From contig METI01000187.1 in NCBI GenBank assembly GCA_001771285.1, forward strand, positions 1 through 58,170: a DNA stretch of 58,170 nucleotides, read 5' to 3'. The translations under genes and the position numbers were made by a program. This document shows positions 8,170 through 16,956 of this stretch, piece after piece. Origin of the DNA: a candidate division NC10 bacterium RIFCSPLOWO2_12_FULL_66_18. Lineage in GTDB: Bacteria > Methylomirabilota > Methylomirabilia > Methylomirabilales > 2-02-FULL-66-22. Position 1 is the stretch's first letter, and each line of letters begins with the position of its first letter. The notes beneath the pieces are model-generated. The model saw nothing but the letters and a program-made list of their open reading frames with translations, searched no databases and was not told the DNA's origin.

Positions 8170-9159
8170 CTAGGCCTTCTCCCCGAACCATGTGCCGCCC
8201 GGGCGGAGCCGGCTCACCAGGCGGTCCAGGAAGCCGGCCAGGCCGTCCGGCATCCGGATCATGACGAGGATAAGGACGAGGCCGTAGGCGATCATCCGAA
8301 GCAGCGGCGTGATGTCCAGGGCCTGCGGGAGCGAGACCAGCAGGATGGAGCCCCACACCGGCCCCCAGATGCTCCGGATGCCGCCGATCATCATGATCAT
8401 CATGATGTAGATCGTTTCGTTGACGTCGAACAAGTCCGGCGCGATGTACGACAGATACGGCGCGTAGGTCGCCCCCGCCAGGCCGGCGTACATGCTGCCC
8501 ACCGTGAAGGCCAGGAGCTTGTACCGCCTCGTATCGAATCCGGCGGTCAGGGCCAGGGTCTCATCCTGCCGGATGGCGCCCAGCACGCGTCCCAGATCCG
8601 AGCGCGCCAGTCGCCGGACGAACCACACGGTGACGAGGGCGAAGGTGAACATCAGATAGTAGTAGGACCGGCGCGACCCCAGGTCGAATCGGAACAGCCC
8701 GGGGATTCCGATGGGGGGCGGCACGAATCGGATGATGATGCCGTTGGCCCCGTTGGTCAGGCTGATCCAGTTGTCGAGGAGCAGACGGAACAGCTCAGAG
8801 AATGCGAATGTGCAGATGGCCAGATAGGCACCCTTGAGGTGCAGGGTGGACGCGCCGATGATGAGGGCCGCGATCCCGGCCAGGAGGATCCCCGCCGCCC
8901 AGGCCCACCAGTAAGGCACCCCCAGGCGCGTGACCAGCAGGATGGACCCATAGGCCCCCACGCCATAGAAGGCGGCGTGGGCAATGGCGAACTGGCCGGT
9001 GATCCCCATGATGAGGTTGAGGCTGGAGGTCAGGATGATGTACAGCGAGACGACGATCCCAAGATGCAGAAAGTAATCTCCGGGCAGCAGCCTCGGGTAC
9101 AGCACCCCCGCAGCCAGCAATCCGACCAGCGGGAGGGCCTGCCACGAGCGGCGGGCCAT
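8170..9159 (-). CDS. livM: Branched-chain amino-acid ABC transporter permease
   Basis: Hydrophobic LivM-like protein beginning MARRSWQALPLVGLL. ATG 9159 shares 1 nt with the livH stop (TGATG). Confidence 0.9.
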   Translation of the reverse strand: MARRSWQALPLVGLLAAGVLYPRLLPGDYFLHLGIVVSLYIILTSSLNLIMGITGQFAIAHAAFYGVGAYGSILLVTRLGVPYWWAWAAGILLAGIAALIIGASTLHLKGAYLAICTFAFSELFRLLLDNWISLTNGANGIIIRFVPPPIGIPGLFRFDLGSRRSYYYLMFTFALVTVWFVRRLARSDLGRVLGAIRQDETLALTAGFDTRRYKLLAFTVGSMYAGLAGATYAPYLSYIAPDLFDVNETIYIMMIMMIGGIRSIWGPVWGSILLVSLPQALDITPLLRMIAYGLVLILVMIRMPDGLAGFLDRLVSRLRPGGTWFGEKA

Positions 9160-10034
9160 CACACGTCCTCCCGTTCCGGCCGCTGGCCGAACAGCCCCCA
9201 GGGCCGGAAGATCAGGATGAGGATCAGCGCGACGAACCCGAACCCGTCCTTGAAGATGGACGAGATCATGCCGCCCCCGAAGCTTTCCACCACCCCGACC
9301 AGGAACCCGGCCAGGATGGATCCCCCCACGCTGCCCAGCCCGCCCAGGATCATGACCACGAACCCCTTCATCGCGGGGAGCCCACCCATGAAGGGGGTGA
9401 TGGTATAGATGGTCGCGATCAGCGCCCCCACCAGGCCCGCCAGGGCCGCCGCCAGCGAGAAGGTGACGGCCACCACGCGCTCGGTGCGGATGCCCAGGGT
9501 GGCCGCCACGTGCGCATTCTGCGCCGTGGCCCGGATGCCCTTGCCCAGCCGCGTTCTCTTGAGGAAGAGGGAGAAGAGGATGATCAGGCCGACGGTCAGG
9601 CCGAACGCCAGCAGCCGCTGCTCCCCGATGCGGATCCCCCACACCTCCAGCGTGCGGGGCAAGGGGGGCGGGATGGAGAGGGGATCCGCCCCCCAGATGG
9701 CCAGGGCAATGTTCTGGAGAATGGCCACCAGCCCCAGGGAGATCACCAGCCCGTTCAGGTGCTCGTGGCGGGCAAAGCGGAACGTGGTCCGCTCGATGAC
9801 CCACCCCAGGAGGCCCACCGCCAGCATGCTGATCACAGCCGCCACCAGAAAATTGACCCCCAACCGGCTGGTCAGCACAAAGGCAATGTAGGCCCCAACC
9901 ATCAGCATCTCGCCATGGGCGAAGTTCAGGATCCCGAGGATGCCGTAGGTCAGGGTCAACCCCAGGGCCACCGCGGCGTACATGCTGCCGGTGACAAGCC
10001 CATGAACGAGAAAGTTGCCGAACTGTTCCAGCAC
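9159..10034 (-). CDS. livH: Branched-chain amino-acid ABC transporter permease
   Basis: VLEQFGNFLVHGLVTGSMYAAVALGLTLTYG is a typical LivH N-terminus. I chose GTG 10034. The longer track ORF reads into the repeat element. Confidence 0.9.
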   Translation of the reverse strand: MLEQFGNFLVHGLVTGSMYAAVALGLTLTYGILGILNFAHGEMLMVGAYIAFVLTSRLGVNFLVAAVISMLAVGLLGWVIERTTFRFARHEHLNGLVISLGLVAILQNIALAIWGADPLSIPPPLPRTLEVWGIRIGEQRLLAFGLTVGLIILFSLFLKRTRLGKGIRATAQNAHVAATLGIRTERVVAVTFSLAAALAGLVGALIATIYTITPFMGGLPAMKGFVVMILGGLGSVGGSILAGFLVGVVESFGGGMISSIFKDGFGFVALILILIFRPWGLFGQRPEREDV

Positions 10035-10100
10035 CGCCTGCGCCCTCTTTTCCCCTTGCCCCCTCGTCGCCCCAAAAGCGGCGATCCGCCGTCGGCCCAC

Positions 10101-10287
10101 CCCAATCCAAAAAAGAGCATGAACCGCCAAGACGCCAAGGTCGCCGGGGATATAATGGTTCTGGCTCTGGATCGGAGAACGCGAAACCGGGTTCATGGGG
10201 GCTTCAGGATTTCCCTTGCTTTGCCCACATGGCCCCTTCCTGCCTTTGCGTTCTTGGCGCCTTGGCGGTTGATATTTTCGGATCGGG
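10101..10287. repeat. MITE-like inverted-repeat element, copy 2 (~187 bp)
   Basis: Left arm gaaccgccaagacgccaaggt. The right arm core cttggcgccttggcggtt matches the reverse complement of the left core at 17/18 positions. The outer ends are cccaatccaaaaaag / ttttcggatcggg. It lies in the 306-nt spacer between the liv binding-protein gene and livH. Confidence 0.75.
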
Positions 10288-10340
10288 CCCTGCTCCCTGA
10301 CCGCGGATCGCCGCCGTCTCGCTCGCTCCGGAAGCCCCGG

Positions 10341-11528
10341 CTATTCCAGCGGCACGTGCAGGAGCTCGGTCTTTCCCTTCTTGATCATCCCGATGAAGTA
10401 GTCGTGGACGAAGCGGCCTTCCTTGCTGACGGTCATCTTCATGACCCCGTCGTAGGTCATGCCGATCAGGGCCTGGCGGATCTTGTCCAGGTCCGAAGTG
10501 GTCCCGGCCTTCTCCACCGCCTTGGCGAACATGTACAGGGGATCATAGAAGGTGAAGCTCCAGATGCCGCTGGGCCCGGGCTCCTGCCCCACCAGGGCCT
10601 TGTACCGCTGGACGAAGGCCTTGACCTTTGGATCGTCGGAGGAGGGGCTCCGCGTCCCGATCACCCAGGTGTAAAAATCCACCTGGTCCTTGTAGGGGAG
10701 GGCCGGGATCTCGCTGGGCCCCTGGGAGGTGAAGAACTTCTTGGTCACCCCCACCTCCAGGGACTGGCGGATGATGAGCTTCCCCGACTCGTCGGTGTAG
10801 CCCCAGATCAAGGCGTCCGGCTTCAGGGCCTTCAGCTTGTTGAGCTGAGGGTAGAAGTCCGTGGTCCCGGCCCGGTCGTACCGTTCCACCGCCACCACCG
10901 TCAAGCCGAGCTCCTTCACCTTGGGAACGTAGGCGTCCAGGATCGACTGGCTGTAGTCGTCGGTCGAGTCAAGGAACGCCACCGTCTTGACCCCCTCCTG
11001 CTTGGCGATCTTGACGATGAAGGGGGCGTAGGTGTTCACCCGCCCCTGGGGACCGAATTCCCAGTTGTAGGTCTGGAAGAGGTACTCGTACCCCGGCTTT
11101 CCCATGAGGGGACCGACCTGGGTGAGCGGGGTGAACTGCATGACCCGCTCTTTCCGGGTGACCTCGACCACCGGCATCCCGACCACGGACCCGATGGGGC
11201 CGAAGATGAACTTGACGTTGTTCTTGGTGATCAACTCGATCGCGGCCGCCACGGCTTCAGCCGGGACACCCCGGTCGTCCTTCAGGAGCAAGTCGATCTT
11301 CACCTTCTCACCGCGCACCGTGATGCCGCCGGCGTCGTTGATCTCCTTCACCGCCAGCTTCACGGCGTTGGCCGAGGGCACCCCCAAGAGCGCCAGCTTG
11401 CCCGTGAGGGAGAAGACCGCCCCCACTTTGATGGTCTGCTGGGCCGGGGCCGTCGCCACCCCCAGGATTAGAACCAACGCCGAGACCGCGGCCGCTCCTC
11501 CGATCCAACGAACCCATTCCCTACGCAT
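10341..11528 (-). CDS. Branched-chain amino-acid ABC transporter substrate-binding protein (LivJ/LivK family)
   Basis: Signal peptide, then QQTIKVGAVFSLTGKLALLGVPSANAVKLAVKEINDAGGI. ATG 11528 (MRREWVRW). The track ORF is over-extended to 11900. Confidence 0.9.
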   Translation of the reverse strand: MRREWVRWIGGAAAVSALVLILGVATAPAQQTIKVGAVFSLTGKLALLGVPSANAVKLAVKEINDAGGITVRGEKVKIDLLLKDDRGVPAEAVAAAIELITKNNVKFIFGPIGSVVGMPVVEVTRKERVMQFTPLTQVGPLMGKPGYEYLFQTYNWEFGPQGRVNTYAPFIVKIAKQEGVKTVAFLDSTDDYSQSILDAYVPKVKELGLTVVAVERYDRAGTTDFYPQLNKLKALKPDALIWGYTDESGKLIIRQSLEVGVTKKFFTSQGPSEIPALPYKDQVDFYTWVIGTRSPSSDDPKVKAFVQRYKALVGQEPGPSGIWSFTFYDPLYMFAKAVEKAGTTSDLDKIRQALIGMTYDGVMKMTVSKEGRFVHDYFIGMIKKGKTELLHVPLE

Positions 11529-11712
11529 GGCTCCCCTCCCTTGATGTCCGAAACAGGCAAGACCCGACGTCCCACCCAATCCACCAGTGCGGCCAGGAAC
11601 ATCCGGTGCCCCTCCGCCGGAACGGGCGAGTATGCCTGCCCCAGGTCCGTCCGGTGCCGCCGCTCCGGCGGAATCAGCGAAGAGAACATCCGCACCTGGA
11701 CACCCGTAATCT

Positions 11713-12510
11713 TCATCCAGTGTCGCCTCGCCCGAAGAATTGCTCCACCTGCTTCCGGTACAGACCGCCGGTCCGGCACGCCTGGGCCAGCAGGCTGTGG
11801 TAGGCCGCCTCCTGGCCGGCCGCCAGCACGGGATCCGGCGGCAGCGCGGCCTTGGTTCCCTGGACCGCGATCGGATTCCGTTGCGCCAGGCCGCGCGCAT
11901 ATTCCATCGCCCGGCTCAGGACCTGGTCCGGCTCGCAGAGATAGTTGACCAGGCCGATCCGCCAGGCCTCTTGCGCGTCAATCTTCCGCCCGGTCAAGAG
12001 GAGATCCGCGGCGATCCCCCGCCCAACCACCGCCTGGAGTCGCTGGATCCCTCCGGAACCGGCGACGGTGCCCAGCTCCACCTCCGGGAAGCCGAGGATC
12101 GCAGTGGTCGCGGCGAACCGCACGTCACAGGCCAGAGTCAGCTCCAGGCCGCCACCCAGGGCGTATCCCCGGATGGCGGCCACGGTCGGCTTCCGACACT
12201 GGGCGATCCTGGCCTTGCAGCGGAAATCCAGGAGGACGAAGCGCCGGAGCGCTTCGCCCTCCAGCGTGCCGGTCTCGTTGAGGTCGGATCCGGCGCAGAA
12301 CGCCCGATCCCCCGCGCCGGTGAAAAGGACGACACGGACCGCCGGATCCCCGTCACTGACGCCCATGGCCCGGATCAGCTCCCGGAACGTCTGCGACGAC
12401 AGCGCGTTCAGGACCCGGGGCCGGTTCAGGACGATCGTCGCCACGCCGTCATCCAGGGTGACGTGGAGGTGCTCGAAGGCGCCAAGCGAACGCTCCGATC
12501 CCTCAGCCAT
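11713..12510 (-). CDS. Enoyl-CoA hydratase/isomerase (crotonase) family protein, copy 1
   Basis: VATIVLNRPRVLNAL...VVLFTGAGDRAFCAGSDL...AAIRGYALGGGLEL. Confidence 0.85.
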   Translation of the reverse strand: MAEGSERSLGAFEHLHVTLDDGVATIVLNRPRVLNALSSQTFRELIRAMGVSDGDPAVRVVLFTGAGDRAFCAGSDLNETGTLEGEALRRFVLLDFRCKARIAQCRKPTVAAIRGYALGGGLELTLACDVRFAATTAILGFPEVELGTVAGSGGIQRLQAVVGRGIAADLLLTGRKIDAQEAWRIGLVNYLCEPDQVLSRAMEYARGLAQRNPIAVQGTKAALPPDPVLAAGQEAAYHSLLAQACRTGGLYRKQVEQFFGRGDTG

Positions 12511-12561
12511 CTTGGACCTCTCCCCGCTGCAATCCCGGAAGACTTCTCCGGTGTCGCTCGC

Positions 12562-13566
12562 CTATTTCATCTCCTCACCGATCTTCCGGATCAGGTCGAT
12601 CCGCTCCTTGCCCCCCACCTTGTCGTAGAACTGGGGATAGATGCTCGCCGCGACCTGCTGGAAAGCCTTGATGTCGGGATGCGTGACCACCTTGCCCCGC
12701 TTCTTCCATTCCTCCTCGATGCCCTTGGCGTACTTCGCGTCCGCCTCGCGCTGGAAGGGCCGGGCCTCCGCCTCCGCCTTGAGGATGGCCTGCTGGATAT
12801 CCGCGGGGAGTCCCTTCCACCACCGCTCGGCGACCGAGAAGGGGTACAGCAGGATCACATGGTCGGTCACCGCCGCGTACTTCAGGACCTCGATGTGCTT
12901 GAACTCCAGTTGCGCCGGGAGGCTGCCGTCGATCCCGTCGATCGTCCCCTGGCTGAGCGCGGTATAGACCTCCGTGATGGACATGGGAACCGGGATGGCG
13001 CCCATGGCCTTGTACAGCGCCATGAACGGGGGCGACTCCATGGTCCGGATCTTCAGGCCCTTGTAGTCGTCCGGCTTGTTGATGGGACGGGTGCGGTTCG
13101 ACGTGTTCCGGGTCCCGATGACCCACCAGCCGAGAGTCCGAAAGCCCTTCGCCGTCATCTTCTCGTTGAACCAGGCGCCCGTCTCCCCATCCACCACCTT
13201 GAACGCGTGGGCGGTGTCCTTGAACAGGAACGGCAGGTTGAACAGATCCGCCTCCGGCACGAACCCGCTCAGCGGTCCGGTGGAGATGACCGCGCCCTCC
13301 AGCGTGCCCAGCTGCAGGGCCTCGTAGAGCTGCCGCTCCCCCTTGCCCAGGGTGCCCTTGTAGACCACCACCTCGACCTTGCCGCCGGTCAGCTCCTCCA
13401 CCCGCTTCTTGAAATAATCCGTGCCCACGTACACCGAGGAGCTGGCGTCCACCACCGAGGCGATCCGGAACTGGATCTTCTGCTGCGCCCCGGCCGGCCC
13501 GGCCCCGGCAATCAGCCCCACCACGAGCGCCGCGATCCCCAAAACGATCCGCCCACTCCGTTGCAT
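12562..13566 (-). CDS. dctP: TRAP transporter substrate-binding protein (TRAP-1)
   Basis: Signal peptide plus DctP-family blocks: GGKVEVVVYKGTLGKGERQLYEALQLGTLEGAV and NLPFLFKD. Confidence 0.9.
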   Translation of the reverse strand: MQRSGRIVLGIAALVVGLIAGAGPAGAQQKIQFRIASVVDASSSVYVGTDYFKKRVEELTGGKVEVVVYKGTLGKGERQLYEALQLGTLEGAVISTGPLSGFVPEADLFNLPFLFKDTAHAFKVVDGETGAWFNEKMTAKGFRTLGWWVIGTRNTSNRTRPINKPDDYKGLKIRTMESPPFMALYKAMGAIPVPMSITEVYTALSQGTIDGIDGSLPAQLEFKHIEVLKYAAVTDHVILLYPFSVAERWWKGLPADIQQAILKAEAEARPFQREADAKYAKGIEEEWKKRGKVVTHPDIKAFQQVAASIYPQFYDKVGGKERIDLIRKIGEEMK

Positions 13567-13581
13567 GGCTCCCTCCTCTTG

Positions 13582-14679
13582 TTATGCCCTGGCCCCCCAC
13601 GGGGCCTCCTTTGTGCCCTCCCGGGCGCCTCCACCGGCCCGCAGGATGGGCGTGGAGAACGCCGAGGGCCTCCGCGCCGACTGCGCCCGGGTGATCTCTC
13701 CCAGCATGGCGACCAGCCCGGCATTGACCTCGAGATCGATCCCGTCCACCGCGAGGCGCGCCCGGCCGCTCATGCCGTCCACCCCGCCGTGCTGGACCGC
13801 GGTCCGGATCAAGGCCCGCTCCATCTCCGGGGTGTGGAGCAGCTCGGGATCGTCCTTCATGGCCGCCAGGCACGCCGCGATCCCGTAGGCCCCCCAGTTG
13901 GACACCTCGGCCGGGATCACGACATCCACCGTGGTCTGGTCAGCCACCCCGCCCTCGCAGGGACACCGGCAGCGCGCCCCGTACGGGAGCAGCGCCTGGA
14001 CCACGTCGTGGACTCGACCGAAGCCGATCTCATTCCCCCGGTCGCCGATCCCGATGGTGAGAACCCCCCGCCGCTGCGCCTCGCTGAACAGCAGGCCGGC
14101 CTTGGCCACGCCCTCCGACACGTCCTGGCCGCCGACCATGTGATAGACGCCTCGCCCGTTCGGCCCGCTCTTTTCGATCGCAATCACGGCCTGCGGGGCA
14201 TGGTCCCGAAAATAGTCGCCGGTCTGTGTCGCCGCCTCGCTCGCCTGGCTGGAGAGCGGCACCACGGTCGCGACCGGCCGGTGCGTCCCGGGATCCTGCC
14301 GGAACAGCTCCGGGGACACCACCTGCAGTTCGGCGGCCCGGCAGGTGGCAGCGACCATCCCGACCAGATCCGTTTCGGTGACCAGGAGCACCTTGGCCTG
14401 GAGGCCCAGCGCGAGCGCCCGGGCCAGGACGGCCGCCCCCACCGGCCCGTCCGTCTCCCCGTACGGCGCGTGACCCGGGAGGATCCATCCGGTGGTGATC
14501 ATGGCGCAGCCGCCCGGCCGCACCCGCTCCGCCAGCGCCCGGGCGGCGAACAGGCACAGTGGAGGCTCCTGGCGCTCCCGGGCGGCCCGATACAGGGGGC
14601 CGATGACGCCGTACCCCAGCACGTCAATGGTCACCAGTTGATCCACGCTCTCGCCGATGTGCAGCAATAAGGGGTCCAT
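13582..14679 (-). CDS. DUF4392-like protein (D-glutamate-cyclase-like C-terminal domain family)
   Basis: 365 aa with GETDGPVGAAVLARAL, AIEKSGPNGRGVYHMVGG, IGIGDRGNEIGFG and VSNWGAYGIA. I recognise these as PF14336-type motifs from memory; this is not a search result. Confidence 0.65.
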   Translation of the reverse strand: MDPLLLHIGESVDQLVTIDVLGYGVIGPLYRAARERQEPPLCLFAARALAERVRPGGCAMITTGWILPGHAPYGETDGPVGAAVLARALALGLQAKVLLVTETDLVGMVAATCRAAELQVVSPELFRQDPGTHRPVATVVPLSSQASEAATQTGDYFRDHAPQAVIAIEKSGPNGRGVYHMVGGQDVSEGVAKAGLLFSEAQRRGVLTIGIGDRGNEIGFGRVHDVVQALLPYGARCRCPCEGGVADQTTVDVVIPAEVSNWGAYGIAACLAAMKDDPELLHTPEMERALIRTAVQHGGVDGMSGRARLAVDGIDLEVNAGLVAMLGEITRAQSARRPSAFSTPILRAGGGAREGTKEAPWGARA

Positions 14680-14701
14680 GGATCCTCAAGCTCCCGCGGC
14701 C

Positions 14702-15982
14702 TCAGCCGCGCATCAGGAGGCGTGGCAGCATCAGGACCAAGTCTGGAAGATATGTGATCATGAAGAGCAGCAGGACGAGGGCCGCCAGGAACGGCCAGGC
14801 GGCCCGCGCGTATCGGGCGACGCTCACCCTGCCGATGGCGCAGCTGACATACATCGCAAGCCCGACCGGCGGGGTCAGCAGGCCGATGGTCAGGTTGAGG
14901 GCCATCACGACGCCGAAGTGCACGGGGTCCACCCCGAACCGGGGGAGGATGGGCACCAGGATCGGGGTCATCAGGACCAGGATGGCCGTGACCTCCATCA
15001 CACAGCCGAGCAGCAGGAGCACCAGGTTGATGAGCAACAGGAAGACCCACGGGCTGCTGGAGATCGCGCCGAAGAACCCCCCGATCCGCTCGGCCGCCTG
15101 GACCAGCGCCAGGACATACCCGACCAGGGCGGCCGCGGCCACCGTGAACATCACGCTGCCCAGCACGACCAAGCTTTCTCTCAGGACCCGCACGATGCTT
15201 CCTGGGGTGAGGGTCCGATACACGAGCGCGCCGATCAGGAGGACGTAGACCAGGGCCACGGCCCCGGCCTCGGTCGGGGTGAAGATCCCGCCGACGATCC
15301 CCCCGATGATGATCACGGGCAGCAGGAGATCCAGCATCCCTTGCCGGATGGCGCGCCACTGCTCAGCCCAGGCAGCGCGCGTGGTCCGGGACCCGTACCC
15401 CATCCGCTTGGCGATTCCGTAACTGACGGCCATCAGGTACACGCCCATGAGCACACCCGGGACGGCTCCCCCCAGGAAGAGCTGGCCCACCGACACGTTC
15501 CCCATGGCCCCGTAGATGATCATCAGGATGCTGGGAGGGACGATCGGGCCGATGGCACCCGCCGCGGCGGTCAGGGCGACGGCGAACTCGACGTCATACC
15601 CGTCCCGCTTCATCGCCGGGATCATGACCCCGCCCAGCGCGGCGGCATCGGCCGTCCCCGAGCCCGAGACCCCCGCCATGATCATCCCGGCGATCACCAC
15701 CGCGTGCGCCAGCCCCCCGGTGATGTGGCCCACCAGCGACCGAGACAGCCGGACCAAGCGCTCCGTCACGCCCGCCTCACCCATCAGGCTGCCCACCAGG
15801 ATGAAGAACGGCACGGCCAGCAACGGGAACGAGTCCAGCCCGGCCTGGAGCTGCTGGGGGACCACGATGAATCCGATGCCGGGTGCCGTGGCGACGAACA
15901 GCGTGCCGCTCACCAGCATGGCGAAGGCGATCGGCATCCGCCCGAGCAGCAGGACCACGAAGGTGCCAAGTAGCCAGCCCAT
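14702..15982 (-). CDS. dctM: TRAP transporter large permease (TRAP-1)
   Basis: 426-aa polytopic protein, paralogous to four other DctM genes in the window (FPLLAVPFFILVG, DPVHFGVVM). Confidence 0.9.
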   Translation of the reverse strand: MGWLLGTFVVLLLGRMPIAFAMLVSGTLFVATAPGIGFIVVPQQLQAGLDSFPLLAVPFFILVGSLMGEAGVTERLVRLSRSLVGHITGGLAHAVVIAGMIMAGVSGSGTADAAALGGVMIPAMKRDGYDVEFAVALTAAAGAIGPIVPPSILMIIYGAMGNVSVGQLFLGGAVPGVLMGVYLMAVSYGIAKRMGYGSRTTRAAWAEQWRAIRQGMLDLLLPVIIIGGIVGGIFTPTEAGAVALVYVLLIGALVYRTLTPGSIVRVLRESLVVLGSVMFTVAAAALVGYVLALVQAAERIGGFFGAISSSPWVFLLLINLVLLLLGCVMEVTAILVLMTPILVPILPRFGVDPVHFGVVMALNLTIGLLTPPVGLAMYVSCAIGRVSVARYARAAWPFLAALVLLLFMITYLPDLVLMLPRLLMRG

Positions 15983-15989
15983 CGTCCCC

Positions 15990-16451
15990 TCAGTCTCCTG
16001 ACGGACGGGGACCCCGGCGATCCCGGACCGCGTCCCGGGCGAGGTACCCCAGCATCAGGGCGCCGGAGACGGGGACGGCGGCGTACACGACGCTCATGGG
16101 CAAACCCAGCGCCGGCGAGCGTTGCGGGTGGAACACGATGCTGAGCTGCAGGCCGTACCCGACGACCCCGAGCAGGAAGAGGAAGCACACCAGGCGGATC
16201 ACCGCGTCCAACCGGGCGGCCAACCGGGGACCGCCCCACAGGCTGCCGACCACGTCCACCACGAAGTGCTTCCGTTCCCGGACGGCTATGGCGGCCGCCA
16301 GCAGGGACACCCAGATCAACAGGAACCGGGACACCTCCTCGGTCCAGGCCAGCCCCACGCCCAGGACGAACCGGTCCAGCACACCCGTCACGGTCGCGCC
16401 GCACATGGCCATCAGCAGGATCATCGTGATCCCGTCCACGAGCCGTCCCAT
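15990..16451 (-). CDS. dctQ: TRAP transporter small permease (TRAP-1)
   Basis: 153-aa, four-helix DctQ-like protein (WTEEVSRFLLIWVSLLAAAIAVRERKHF). Confidence 0.85.
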   Translation of the reverse strand: MGRLVDGITMILLMAMCGATVTGVLDRFVLGVGLAWTEEVSRFLLIWVSLLAAAIAVRERKHFVVDVVGSLWGGPRLAARLDAVIRLVCFLFLLGVVGYGLQLSIVFHPQRSPALGLPMSVVYAAVPVSGALMLGYLARDAVRDRRGPRPSGD

Positions 16452-16470
16452 GGGTCGCCCGCGCTCCTCC

Positions 16471-16944
16471 CTACGACCGCGTGGGGCGGCAGCGGACCAT
16501 GGTCACGTGCTCGCCGGTGACGACGACCTCTTTCCGCTGGTTCACCAACCGGCATTCCTCGGTGATGATCCCCAGGTGCGGGCGGCTCTGGCTCACCCGC
16601 TTCTCCTTGATCCGCCAGGAGGCCCGCACCGTATCGCCGATGCGCAGCGGCGCCGTGAACTTCAGCTTGTCCCAGCCGATGGTGGCCACGCCGGTCCCCT
16701 GGGTGTAATTGGTGCGCCACATCAGGCCCTGCATGATCCCCAGGGCCAGGATGCCGTGACCGATCCGCTCGCCGAACTCGCTCTCCTTCATGAACTCGGC
16801 GTCCGTGTGCACCTGGCTGAAGTCGCCGGTCAGTCCGGCGAAGAGGTCGATGGTCCCCTCGCCGATCGTCCGCCCGGCCGAGATCATCTCTTCGCCCACC
16901 ACGAAATCCTCGTAATACTTCCCCTGCACCAGTGGTTCCGGCAT
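16471..16944 (-). CDS. MaoC-family (R)-specific enoyl-CoA hydratase/dehydratase
   Basis: Hot-dog fold motifs: FAGLTGDFSQVHTDAEF...GERIGHGILALG. Confidence 0.85.
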   Translation of the reverse strand: MPEPLVQGKYYEDFVVGEEMISAGRTIGEGTIDLFAGLTGDFSQVHTDAEFMKESEFGERIGHGILALGIMQGLMWRTNYTQGTGVATIGWDKLKFTAPLRIGDTVRASWRIKEKRVSQSRPHLGIITEECRLVNQRKEVVVTGEHVTMVRCRPTRS

Positions 16945-16956
16945 CCCTTTTCCTCC

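Noticed and set aside
8170-10110. Apparent fusion or very long N-terminal extensions of minus-strand ORFs. The cases are 8170-10110, 10341-11900, 20816-22402, 23741-26620, 33258-35633, 38846-40057, 41695-42747, 47962-49521 and 53246-54703.
   Set aside because: The extensions are Pro/Arg/Gly-rich and overlap the upstream gene in another frame. Each protein has an internal start with a family-typical N-terminus, usually with an RBS or an ATGA/TGATG junction. Starts were re-set accordingly.
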